Below are positions 52,365-64,000 of a stretch of DNA of 64,000 nucleotides, in pieces; positions within the stretch are counted from its first letter, which is position 1, and each line of letters opens with the position of its first letter. Under the pieces are notes generated by a model. It had not been told where the DNA came from. It did not search any database and was given only the letters and a program-made list of their open reading frames with translations. This DNA comes from Lytechinus pictus (taxonomy: Eukaryota): positions 2,234,001-2,298,000 of the forward strand of contig NC_087246.1 in NCBI RefSeq assembly GCF_037042905.1. The letters run 5' to 3'. The translations under genes and the position numbers were made by a program.

Positions 52365-52917
52365 CTAACAAATTATATAATGATAATAATAATATCAAGT
52401 TTTTGAAAGCACAAAGTGCTCAAGGCACTGAGGAAGAAAATATAAAGGCATGTCTATACGCTTTAATATGTAAGCCTGTCTATAATCTCATTACAACAAG
52501 ATGAAGTTACTAAAAAGATTAAGAGAAGGACTGCAAGATAATGAGGTATTTAATTCAATTATTAGCCCTATGAAAAATAACAAAAATTATAATGATTTTA
52601 CTCACATAATATTCAATGGCTCATACTATTAACATAGAAATGAAATCATTACAACATGATTGAAATAATATTCATTCAATAGGATTACAATTATCAATTA
52701 ATAGTGTTTCATTTTATTATACTTTCTGTATATTATGATAGGAAATATTTTTTCAACATGAATTGGGCAATTCCAAAAAACATAAACAACCTTCAGTTCA
52801 ACCCTCTTCCATATACTAAACTCTACTCCCCTCCTCTTCCTGTCTCAAGCAAGCCTGAATTGGGAAAAAAAAATAAATGAATAAAATAAGGACAAGTGTA
52901 TATCATAAACACCCTAC

Positions 52918-52939
52918 CTGCTCCCGCTGCTCGTCTCAT
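52918..52939 (-). CDS. BET1: BET1 homolog, coding exon 1 (exon probably extends as 5' UTR to an acceptor at 53071)
   Basis: ATG AGA CGA GCA GCG GGA GCA G | GTAGGG = MRRAAGA; 22 nt, joins exon 2 in frame to give 114 aa; MRRA N-terminus typical of BET1. Confidence 0.88.
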
Positions 52940-54079
52940 AGTTGAAAGATAATTGCTTGACACTGAACTTCACAATTCACTGATGTATCACTTTGTCTTT
53001 CTTCTGAGAAAGGGTGTCTTGATATCAAATTGGCTTTTATATTTCTTTGAGATTTGCTCAGCTGTTTATCCTGATAAGAGAAAATTGATAGAATGAATTG
53101 AAAGAAAGGAAATAGTATTATCAACATGGGTAATTGATGACAAGGTTTCTAATTCTAATAGCACTCCCAAGTTCCCACACTTCCATCCAAATCTGTCTTG
53201 ATAAACAATGAAGACATAACCCAGGGAGCTTCATACATTCTCTTCACTGAAAAAGTAAATGAACAACATTGGCAAAAACAGGTACGGAATGACAGCATGC
53301 ATGCTAATGCGAATAAATAATGTTTCTCGCGCATGAGCTCATCACGTATGCCTACATGTACCTGTTCCCAATACATGAACTGTCAACCTTACTATAACAC
53401 ACTCGGTTCATTTGGTGTTAAAGGGCATACATGTACATCTATAGGTATATGAATGGTTTCAGTCATTATCTTTCCTGTAACTCACAGGTCATCTGTAATG
53501 ACTGCAAATCTACCCAGTATGCCTCTCACGCGCGATGTACCACACGATTCGGTGAAAGGCCCACAATTATTTCCAATACATGTAATTGCTGCTTCAAGAT
53601 GATGAAGATAAATGCACTGGCTGTGTGGAGCTTTTTACATACTATTATTTTATATTCAAATTAAAATTAAAATGTTGTTTCTTGTAGTGCAGGTGCATGT
53701 CATGTAAGTAAAATTTTTTTTTTCATGCCTGGTGTTTACTTCTGCATCCAACTCAACAAGGCCTTGAAGGCATCAACAGATGGGTAATGGGCTGGATCCT
53801 GTTGTTGGAGATTGTTCTAGTCTTAACAGGTTCTTGAGAAGAAGGATGAATCATAAGCATGACTGTTGCAATGGGTGTCCTAAATCCAGATCCATGTCCC
53901 CTAGTTGTTGAAAGCTCAGGGTTGAAGCGGATACGATATAGCACAGCAAGGCAGCTGTGAAGGCATCTGATAACAATGCAATGGTCAGTTCAGGATTTCA
54001 AGCATGGCTGTTAGTGTTATGCTGGATGTTTGGTTAAAGTCACAGCATACATGTAGATCAATATACTTGATTAGTTTAC

Positions 54080-55100
54080 GACATTTCGTCACTAAACATC
54101 GCATGAGGGTGGTTGTCGACGGAGAAATCTGGACGGAGAAATCTCTCACACTGCGCATGTTGAAACAGGAGTAACGCAGGGGACAGTGCTCGGGCCCCTC
54201 ATCTTCCTGTGCTACATACATGATCTGCCAGACGCTGTAAAGTCACAAGTAAGCCTGTTTGTGGATGACTGCCTCCTCTATTGTCAGATCGTTAAGCAGC
54301 AAGACCACAGCCTACAAAGCGACCTCACAGAATGGGGTATGTGCTTAAAAGCAAAGAATCGCTACATCATGAGTATCGGCAACAAGTCTTCCTTCTTCTA
54401 CCAACTAGATGACCATATTCGGCAGCATGTCCAAGATACACGCTACCTTGCCGTCACCATTTAAGAGGACTTTAAGTGGGAAAAGCATGTTGCAAAGACT
54501 ACCCAGTACCTCCTTCGTAGGAATCCCAACTTCTTCCCTGCTGATGTATGGGATTCATACCTGCGGGACATGAATAGACTTGAAAGTGTCCCAAAGAGAG
54601 CAGTTCGCTTCATCACAGGAAACTACGTGTCTAGAGATGAGGGTTTCATCACAAACAAGCTAGCAGAACTCCATCTCCCAAGCCTGAAGGAAAGAAGAAG
54701 GAACCTAAAACTCACCCTATTCTTCAAAGTGGTGGAGGGGTTGGTGCCAACTCTCCCAATCCAAAATTTTGCTCAACCTATAAAATCCAAACGACGTATC
54801 CATGCCAAACAATTTGAAAACTGTGACACTACAAATATTATAGATACACGTAGGCAAGTTACAAATAATAAGTGCTATAATCCAATCAAAGCACAAACTG
54901 AACACTACAGTCACTCTTTCATCCCATCCACTAACATCGAGTGGAATCACCAGAGTAACGATGTCAACTCAACATTGACAAGCTCATTCAAGATTCAAGA
55001 AGGCCATCGACAGAACCTTCTAATCATCACTGCGCCTTCTCTCACCCAATGCCTTTATGCCCAGAAAGGCCCTGTATCATACACATCCAGATCCAGAATC
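54080..55100 (+). pseudogene. 5'-truncated LINE (CR1/L2-group-like) reverse transcriptase remnant
   Basis: MRVVVDG, GVTQGTVLGPLIFLCYIHDLP, SLFVDDCLLY, LESVPKRAVRFI, LPSLKERRR, SFIPSTNIEWN; stops/frameshifts; short repeat tail ATCCAG-ATCCAG. Confidence 0.9.
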
Positions 55101-56182
55101 ATCAAATCTATGCCACGACATCCAAGTTTCCAACTCTCTCTCTCCTCCAAACAAAACAAGTCTTAGATGCAAGATCTTGACTCCTGTCCTTTAGTATTTA
55201 CCTTGTCCTTCTCAAGGCTTGAGAATTGTCCGACACTCACTCTTGGCTAAACCGTCATTCACTAGATCCCTAAATTGAAATTTCTCCAAAACCGAGTCCC
55301 TCTTATTTCGCTCATGGACTCAACTTAGTAAAGTAAATCTAGCATCCATCTATTTTTGGGGTACAGGTAACAGGTATGAATATGTGTAAGTAATGCAAAC
55401 ACTAAACAGTAACAGTGCAGTCCTATCCTTAGTTAACCCAGAGAGCGCCCAGGCAAAGCAAATCCAATTATGGACTGAAGTTAACAACTAAAATCATGCA
55501 AACAAACGGGTGAGCTGTCGCAGGCAGATCTTTTGATGAGTATGATGGGGTGACCATAATTTGCGCACATTTAAAAAATTATCATAAGGTTGATTTTCAA
55601 TCAAAAATTTCTGACAGTTCACACAAAATTATTCAAAATCATAAATACCATGAAACGGAAGGCAAGATCCCACAGTCAAATTCGCTTGACGGAATTCTAA
55701 ATTAGGTCAAGGATTTCGCTGTTATCGCAATCTCAAAATTTCATGGCACACTCGGCTGAAAAACTGTCATAAAAAAGTGGAATTTGCACACAATTGTTTT
55801 GCAAAGCTTTAGAAAAAAAATCAAGCAGACAAAAATAAGACAATTGTATCAGATGGAGGTTAAAAATAAAATGCCATAAATTAGGTTGGTGTCACATTTT
55901 ACTAACTTATTTAGAGACCTCTGCTTGCAAACTGTTAATTTCTTGACGCTTGTCGAGAAGTTTGAATTTTCTCAGAGTGGACGCAAAAGGTAAAAAAATG
56001 TGCCAATTGTTTGCCAATATTTTCACAAATTGAGACCTTACCTTCAAGGAAATTACCATACTGAGTAATTTGGGTCACTTTTTCTGTTGGTGATATCAAT
56101 TTTTTAAGATATTAAATAGATATTGAGATATTTCATCGTGTGCAGAGGCGATGGTCGGACAGCGCTCTGCAGGACGCTTTTC

Positions 56183-56526
56183 AACAAGTGGAGCGCCTCT
56201 GGCAGTCTCACCTGCATCACACGATTCAATATAGCAGTGCAGTGCTGACTTTGAAAACTACTATAAAAAACATCATTCATTTAACGATACAATACTACAT
56301 TCATTGACAATAAATGACATTTGACCTTGATCATGCTACCTAAGACTTAATTGTCAGCAATACTTGATTACCCCTATATCCACATTTTATAAACTATATC
56401 TATAAACTTTGAAAGTTATGACACTATTGACAGCAATTTAATAATTATCTCCAAAATGGCCAAAGTTCACTGACCATAAATGATCTTTGACTTTGGTCAT
56501 GTGACCTAAAACTCGCACGAGATGTT
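56183..56526 (-). mobile_element. Truncated HINE-like element
   Basis: Begins AACAAGTGGAGCGCCTCTGGCAGTCTCACCTGC; two degenerate TGACCTTG-containing ~170-bp repeats. Confidence 0.5.
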
Positions 56527-56637
56527 CAGTGATATTAGGGTCATTCCATCTGGATTCACCCAGTGGTTGCCCCCGACCCTCTCAGTTTTTGTTGTAATTT
56601 GGTACACATAAAATTCACCATGGCCCAAGCACAGAAC

Positions 56638-57070
56638 AACAAGAGTGTCTCTAAGGCGAGCACATAATCCGCCTGCATGTAACGCGGAAAATGGAGTTAT
56701 TGGTCAAGCAAGAATATTGGAAGGTGGCGACTTCACCTGACCTTCTGACCCCAAAATCAATAGAATTGCTAGGATCTATGCTAGTATCATACACACCAAA
56801 TTATATGAGCCTAGATTAAATTAAACTGAAGTTATCGCGTTTACAAGGACTGCAGAAGGGTAAGATGAAAATATGTCACTGTGACCTTGACCTTTGGACC
56901 TCAAAATCAATAGGCTTCCTGGGATCCATGCTAGTATCATACACACACCAAATTATATGAGCCTAGGTTAAGTCAAACTGAAGTTATCGCGTTTACAAGG
57001 AAAAGTTAACGGACGGACGGACACCCAGCGTGAAACCATAATACGTCCTGTCTGGGACGCGGCGTTCGTA
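56638..57070 (-). mobile_element. HINE-like element with two ~150-bp repeats
   Basis: AACAAG end + imperfect hairpin, repeats at ~56736 and ~56885, GGAC microsatellite at ~57009-57022, GC-rich terminal dyad. Confidence 0.65.
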
Positions 57071-58717
57071 ACGATCAACAATGAGAAACAAGATTGTGGC
57101 GTAAACATTCCGGCAAGTCTCCCCCATCTTTACATAATATTTTTCTAATTTTTTGAATGATTTCTTGTTTCTAGCATAGAAATGTCGGAAATGAAGTTGC
57201 ATCTCATTTACATGATTTAAGGCTAGATGTTTTAGAAGTAGAAATCTCGAGGGCAAAAGAGAAAGCATACATTAGTAAATTATTTTTACTCTCTAGAGGC
57301 CTCCTCCTGGCTAGGTGCGCAGACTTGGGGACCACCATCATACATACTAGACCAAAAGCTTTGGTCTCTGTTAAACTGGTTGTTCCGCTGAACTCCTTTG
57401 GATCCACTCACCAAATACAGAGACCAGGGTGACCAGACTTCCCTTATTTCCCGGGATCATCCCATATTTTGCTCAATTGTCCCAGCGTCCCGACAAACCT
57501 TCCTGGATGCCTATTTGTCCCGTATTTCAGAATATTGAACAAAATATAGTTAATAGTTAATACATTTAAAAGTGATGAATTTTCATAAAATAACCAACAT
57601 ATGACGAACCAGAGACAACAATAAAATCGATAACTGTAAACTTTTGCAAGTTCTGCGGTAATTTTCTTGCTATCCCAATTAACATTCCAAACGAACTGGC
57701 CTCCTGACTGTGTGTGGCAGGCTATACTAGCTAGGCATGTAGGATCAGAGCAGATTCTAAATGGTGCAAAAAATCTCACATGTTAAACAGTTTTACACCA
57801 AAATAAACACGGAATCGGCGGGAAATATTTATAATTATACTATGGATTCTCAGATTACTGATTTGGAGATGTAATCGGAGGAACAAGTTATTGAGTTTAT
57901 ATAACTAGATCTAGTTGTTTCAGCTTTCATTTTGAGTCTTTTTGTGATCGCTGCGACCTTGTAATGGGATGGGAGTGATGCCTGTGTATGGCCGCGATGT
58001 TTCATCTATTTTTTAAGTTTGACAATGTTTCACTTTGAAATTTTATTCATTTCTAAAACATTTTACTTTTTTTATTTGAAATATATAAAAAAAAAAAAAA
58101 AAAAATCCTTCTCCCTTCCTCTCCTTTTTCTTTTCCTTCTTTCTCTCCTTCCATTATTTTCTTTTTTCATACTATTCTCCCTCTTTTTCATCCTTTCTTT
58201 CATTCTTTATTTTATTTTTCCTTCTAATTCTTTTCCATTATTCTTTCTTTCCCTTCCTTTCTTCCTTTCTTCCTTCCTCCATTCCTGTTTTTCTTCTTTC
58301 TTTTTTTCTTTCAAAGAATGAAGGAAACCGTTTTATTTCTTTCATTCTTTCTTTCCTCCTCCTTTTTTCTTACTTTTTTTTTCCTTTCTCTCCTTTACTT
58401 TTTCTTTCACACATTTATTCATCTTTCCTTCATTTCTTTTTCTTTTTCTTTCTATCTATATTCATTTCAAAGAATGATGGAAACCTTTTTTCTCTCTTTT
58501 ATTCTTTCTTCCATTCTTCTTTTATTCTAACCTTTCTTTTAAATTTTCTCCATTTCCCCCTTCATTTTGTTTTTCTTCTCAATTCATCTCTTTTCTTTCG
58601 TCTTTTCTTTCTCCCCTTCATTCTTTTGTTCACCCTCCCTTCCAATTCTTTATATTTTTTTCACAAGTGAAGTCTAACACTGTGTAGCCTTCTTTGTTCA
58701 TCTTTTTTTTAACAAAG

Positions 58718-59484
58718 CAGGCCTCTACAAAAAAGAATTTCATCACTTGCCCATGTCGGGCAAGTGATAAAAAATTTGCTTGCCCGATAGAAAAAACTGC
58801 TTGCCCGATATTTTTCAAAAATTCTTTAGCTCTTAATTATTCTTTTCTGTCCTGGTTGAACTTGATTTACTGGCGCTGGCCTCGGCATTTCTTTTTCTTG
58901 ACTCTTGTTCAAGTTGTTCTGGTCGCCGATCGCGACAACAAAAGTCACCTATTTTAGTCTGACGACTCATTGTTTATTTGGTTTGAAGTTGATGCCGAGT
59001 CCTGGCCGAGTCAGTCCGAAGCTTGCATGCATTCAGCGCGATCTAGCTCGAGAGTCGGCTGGCTCGCGATCGCTCGTGTACGTACGTACATGTACTGTAG
59101 CGCCGATGTATTAGAGCATGCGCTAAGAGGGCGAGAGAGGGGTTTCCCCAGCTAGCTCCTTCGTCAATTAGTAGCGCATGCGCACAGTATAGTTTAGAAA
59201 TAAAGATGGCAGCCCCCATCGAACAGGACCGCTGGCGATAAATTTTCGGTAAATTGGCGCTGATTTGACATGTTCCCACTGTTTTTTTACTGGTATGACA
59301 TTTTGTATGACTATGAGAGATAATTGGCCGATAATTGCAATTTATCGAAAAATTATTAAAATTTACTGTAATATCGTTTTCATTTTCAAAACAACCACTT
59401 GCCCGATCGGGCAATTGACTTTGATAAATGCTTGCCCGCAGGTCATTTTCACTTCCCCCAGGCAAGCGGTTTTGTCGCGCCCTG
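58718..59484. mobile_element. Nested hAT-like non-autonomous element
   Basis: Imperfect TIRs CAGGCCTCTACAAAA / TTTTGTCGCGCCCTG; CTTGCCCG subterminal repeats at both ends; no clear TSD. Confidence 0.65.
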
Positions 59485-59488
59485 TTAA

Positions 59489-60096
59489 AGGTCAAGTCCA
59501 CCCCAGAAAAATGTTGATTTGAATAAATAGAGAAAAATCAAACTAGCATAATGCTGAAAATTTCATCAAAATCGGATGTAGAATAAGAAAGTTATGGAAT
59601 TTTAAAGTTTCCTTTATTTTTCACAGAACAGTGATAATTGATATGCACAACTCAGTGACATGCAGATGAGTCGGTCGATGATGTCAATCACTCACTTTTT
59701 ATTTTGTTTTTATTGTTTGAATTATACAATATTTCATATTTTACAGATTTCACAATAAGGGCCAACTTGACTGAACCATTAAACAATGCTAATTCCACAT
59801 GTTCAGGGAGGAATTAATCGTTGTTTCACTTGACAATGAGGGGAAAATTAGAATATTTCATATTTCAAATAATAAAATACAAAAGAAATAGTGAGTAGAT
59901 GACGTCATCAGTCTCCTCATTTGCATTCCGACCAGGATGTGCATACATGTATAACTGTTTTGTGAAATTAAGCGAAACTTTAAAATGTCATAACTTTCTT
60001 ATGTTAAATCTGATTTTGAAGAAATTTTCAGTGTTATGCTTGTTGGATTTTTCTCTTTTTATTAAAATCAACTTTTTGTTGGGGTGGACTTGTCCT
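59489..60096. mobile_element. TTAA-target MITE (Kolobok-like), uninterrupted copy
   Basis: TTAA-AGGTCAAGTCCACCCC ... GGGGTGGACTTGTCCT-TTAA. Confidence 0.92.
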
Positions 60097-60865
60097 TTAA
60101 GACCTGGCTCGGTCCACCCGCTCGTGCAGCGTGCTTTGTCGATTGTCCCGTATTTCATTTTGTGAAATCTGGTCACCCTGACAGAGACAGAAGTTCTATA
60201 TACCTAGGCTACTTCTAACTTGATCTGCAACGTTACAGGAACTCTGGCCATATTAAGTTCGGACAAACCAAGAAAGTGGGAGTTGCGCGACAGCCGAAGT
60301 AAATCACTGTTTTTGTCCTTTTAAGTTTATTTTTTTCCCGTTTTGGTGCATTTCAGGCCAAAACAGAAAAATAATCTTTATTTTGGTCCAGTTGAATTCT
60401 TCTTATTTCTTATATTTTTTAATGAAATAAAGACAAAATATAACTAGGGCCCAAGTAAAAAATCGATGAGCACATTGATCGGGGGGATTTTGCATTGTTA
60501 ACCTGCATGATCCGAGCCGTCTGCATATGACTCATTATGAGAAATTTTTAAAAATGTTTAAAAGACTCCTCGAAACAGACGTCTGCCAGCTGTCTACATA
60601 CACACGAACCATCGCCTGAGGTGCCCGCCGGCCAGCGCCCACTGCGCTGCCGCCGCGCCACGGCTCAGTTGTGGCGCATTGCCACATCAGACACAGCCAG
60701 GACAGATCAGTCACTGCGCATCAGCTCAGTCTCCGACTCAAGTGTCCACGGCTCAAACAAAGCTCTACAAAACTTAAAACCTCACTGTCAAGTGTCAGCC
60801 AACACATCAATCTATAATATTAGTCAAGAGCTACAATATTATACCGATTGTATAGTTCTACTTAC

Positions 60866-60945
60866 AAACATCCGCCTCCTGGCTGCAATCAAAATACGAA
60901 ATTCCCTTTTATTTTCGCCAACCAAATTGAATAACACGTAGCAGA
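60866..60945 (-). promoter_or_regulatory. Candidate first (mostly non-coding) exon / promoter region of BET1
   Basis: Consensus donor GTAAGT at 60865-60860, adjacent CpG-rich patch ~60590-60760, and BET1 coding exon 1 has an upstream acceptor that needs a partner; 5' boundary is a guess. Confidence 0.35.
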
Positions 60946-61639
60946 AATAATTGAACGTAGCCGATTATTTATTACCAGTAATACCGTACTATAGCAAAGT
61001 TATACATAATCGGGGAAAAAAACTTGAACATAGTAGACAAGAATTCCTATTTTTTCCCTCTCTCCTCACCAGCAATCCATTTGTTGATTCAATTATGCAG
61101 ATAATTTGATTGTTTCTGATACTATTATTAACCGAAAATTGGGTGTTTGAAAATGTCCTCTCCTAATTCTGTATTTTTATGTATAACAGTTCGATCTAGT
61201 TAGAAATTAATTAATAATGTTTTGTCTACAAAGCTAACACTTGTAACTGAAAAAAGGGGACGTCCCTGTTAAAAACCCTTTTTAATTTTTCTTTGAGAAA
61301 GTGACATTCGACTGACTTTTCATAATTCTTGATACATGTGAAGATGCTCACATGTGATGTCAAAAATAAAAAATTAAAATGCTCATAGAATTTAAGGGTA
61401 AAAGAAAGTAGTTGAAGCAAACAATTATTTAATGAAAAAGTCTGAAGGTTAATTGTTAAAATATTACCTTATCATACATCGAGATCTGGTACATTGATAT
61501 AACTTATCTTTGTGAAATCATGAAGTTTTAGCTGAAAACCGATAATTTTTACCATCAAGCCATAACAGTGTATTAATATTGCTTGGAAAAATAACTGACA
61601 TTTTATGAAATTCCATGCTTATTTTGCTCATTTCTCAGC

Positions 61640-61921
61640 CAGGGGCGGATCCAGCTTTTTATAAAGGGGGGGTTGGGGTGGTATGCGAGGGAGCGTAGCG
61701 ACCGAGTCCAAGCGAGCGGAGCGAGCGAGGGGGGAGGGTGTGGGAGGGGGGTGTCCCCCCTCCCACAGTAGGGAAAATTTTTGAAAATCTGTGTGTGAAA
61801 ATGGCGTTTTCTAAAATTACAAGTTTAAAAAAAAAGATAAGATTTAAAAAAATGGTCCCCGGATTTTTTTTTTTTTGGGGGGGTTGCAACCCCCCCAACC
61901 CCCCCTCTAGATCCGCTTCTG
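61640..61921. mobile_element. 282-bp MITE with 5-bp flanking direct repeat
   Basis: TIR CAGGGGCGGATC / GATCCGCTTCTG; TCAGC at 61635-61639 and 61922-61926. Confidence 0.8.
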
Positions 61922-62164
61922 TCAGCAATTACGCATTTTCTTCCAGAGATATTTGGAACATCTTTTTTCATTATAGGACCTACATACAAACACTTTGGTG
62001 ATAATTTTATTGGATTCTGTTCGAACTGATTTTGAGATCGTTACCACAACTGGTATTCATCTCTAAATCTCTGATGGATTTTCCTCAAACCTCCAACAAT
62101 ATTTTCTGTTGTGCTTTGTGTTATTTTTACAATAAAATTTTTGTCAGGGTGAACTTCCCCTTTA

Positions 62165-62407
62165 AAGTGTCCACTTTGCCCACACGCATCCACTTATTTT
62201 AGTTATACCGAGGTTTTTTACCTGACTGCTAAGAAAGCATGAATGCCTGTGAGCAAGCAACCAGGGGACCAATGGCTTAAGGTCCTCTCCGAGGGACTTG
62301 GTAATGAGGATAAATGCCTTACCAAAGGGCACTAGCGCACCACTTGGGAATCGAACCCGGGTCACCAAAATTCGAAACCCCCGCTCTACCGACTGAGCTA
62401 TCGCGCC
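62165..62407 (-). mobile_element. tRNA-derived SINE
   Basis: Minus strand GGCGCGATAGCTCAGTCGGTAGAGC (A box), GGTTCGATTCCC (B box), followed by CORE-like GTGCCCTTTGGTAAGGCATTTATCCTC. Confidence 0.85.
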
Positions 62408-62892
62408 ATGTAGTTCATGTTCCTATGTTGCCAAATCCATTTCTGTCCAAAGCGTCCTCTCCAAAAAATGAATCGATGGAATATGTAATTAAAAGATTTA
62501 TCTCCTATAACTAGAGAAATAATTGTGTGACCTTTTGCTTCACAATTTAAATATTATTTTACAGAGCAACCTGCAAAGAAAATGATTGAAATACAAGTTT
62601 ACTTTTCTATATATTACCTTTAGCAGGCATTTTAGGGCCAAAATTACTCTCATTTAGTTTAATTTTCCCTTATTTCGAGCCTGCACATTCTATTTTTAGA
62701 AATAATCAGGCATTGTTTTGCCAATCAAACCTTATTCAAAAATGAAAAATGAAATTCCCCCAAAGATGTTGAAATTTTTTGGTGACTATTAACCAAAAAT
62801 GGGGTGCAAATTCTATCCAAAAATGTTTTCTAGCTCTGAATTAGATATTTTTACACATAGTCATGAATCAATTACGAATGCTTTTGTCTATG

Positions 62893-63649
62893 CAGTGAAA
62901 CCTGTCATAGTGACACCCAAGGGAAACACAAAATGTGGCCTTTATGGACAGGAGGTTGCTATAGACAGATAACAGGTTCTCATAAACACAATCTGCCTTC
63001 AAGGGAATAAGCAGGGGGTTGCTATAGAGAGGTTCTTATAATAAACACAATCTGCCTAAAGGGAATCAGTTTTAGTGGTCACTATAGGCAGGGGGTTGCT
63101 ATAGACAGTTTCTTATACACACAATTGCTTTCAAGGTAATAAGCAGGGGGTTGCTATAGACAGGTTCTTATACAATTGCTTTCAAGGTAATAAGCAGGGG
63201 TTGCAATAGACAGGTTCTTATACACACAATTGCCTTCGAATCAGTTTTAGTGGTCACTATAAGCAGGGGGTTGCTATAGACAGGTTCTTATACACACAAT
63301 CTGCCTTCAAGGGAATAAGCAGGGGGTTGCTAGAGAGAGATTCTTACATACACAATCTGCCTCCAAGGGAATCAGTTTTAGTGGTCACTATAAGCACGGG
63401 TTGCTGTAGACAGGTTCTTATACACACAATTGTCTCTAAGGGAATCAGTTTTAGTGGTCACTATAAGCAGGGGTTGCTATAGATAGGTTCTTATACACAC
63501 AATATGCCTTCAAGGGAATAAGCAGGGGATTGCTATAGACGGGTTCTTACACCCACAATCTGCCTCTATGGGAACTGGCTTTAGTGGACACTCTAGTCAT
63601 CAGGCAGGTGGCTGCTATAGACAGGTGGCCACTAATGCAGGTTTGGCTG
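62893..63649. mobile_element. Tc1/mariner-pogo-like MITE expanded by an internal minisatellite
   Basis: CAGTGAAACCTG ... CAGGTTTGGCTG termini; ~11 units of 45-72 bp containing GGGGTTGCTATAGACAGGTTCTTATACACACAAT. Confidence 0.7.
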
Positions 63650-64000
63650 TTTATACAACAAACTTAGAATGTTGCCCACATCCACTTACTTCTCAAAAAA
63701 AAAAAAAAAGCAAATGTCAGCACATGAAATTACATGACTGAATCTTTATAGAAATAATATGCCTCAAAATTTCAAAGAAATATCATTTCACTTGTTTATA
63801 ACACACACATGCACAAAAGAAAATCAAATGCGACAGTTGGGTTACCTTGATTGTAAAATTACCCATCACTCACTTTCATTCATGTTGGATTGATTTCGGG
63901 CTAGATTTTTTCCTTAATTTTTTTTTCATTAAAAAAACTAATTAAATACCATCTGAATGACACTTATAAATGTTGAATTAAAACATGCCAACCAAGATGA

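Larger units (their letters stand above)
57425..60180. mobile_element. Non-autonomous hAT-like element containing two nested elements
   Basis: 13-bp perfect TIR CAGGGTGACCAGA / TCTGGTCACCCTG; perfect 8-bp TSD ACAGAGAC (57417-57424, 60181-60188). Confidence 0.92.

Noticed and set aside
52138..52398. 86-aa single-exon ORF
   Set aside because: Only 52255-52364 is exon; the rest is intron read-through
54570..55166. 198-aa ORF as a host gene
   Set aside because: It is the C-terminal part of a truncated LINE ORF2 with upstream stops
58019..58660. Hydrophobic Phe/Leu/Ser-rich 'membrane protein' ORFs
   Set aside because: Translation of low-complexity pyrimidine tracts; the same applies to ORFs at 20071, 22983 and 41241
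62330..62407. tRNA gene
   Set aside because: Acceptor stem is imperfect and it runs straight into a SINE body

Overview
AT-rich, repeat-dense eukaryotic (metazoan) genomic DNA; the repeat repertoire suggests a sea urchin or other echinoderm (inference, not proven). The only convincing host gene is a 4-coding-exon BET1 (ER-Golgi Qc-SNARE, 114 aa) on the minus strand at 50203-52939. Bases 1-19709 are an array built from one non-autonomous Helentron/HINE-like element lying on the minus strand. It has five almost identical 1277-bp units followed by diverged ~1.0-2.1-kb units, in which element bodies are stacked inside one another's A-rich microsatellite and the displaced hairpin termini pile up in stacks of 3 and 6 (a 'matryoshka' self-insertion pattern). 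Seven units carry a tRNA-Arg-like Pol III cassette. The rest is a patchwork of HINE-like elements with ~150-bp internal repeats, hAT-like and TTAA-targeting MITEs (several nested, with clean TSDs and in-window empty sites), ultra-short 28-44-bp hairpin insertions with 8-bp TSDs, tRNA-derived SINEs and two decayed LINE reverse transcriptase remnants. Family assignments rest on structure read by eye, not database searches. Most ORFs in the supplied track are repeat-derived and non-genic.
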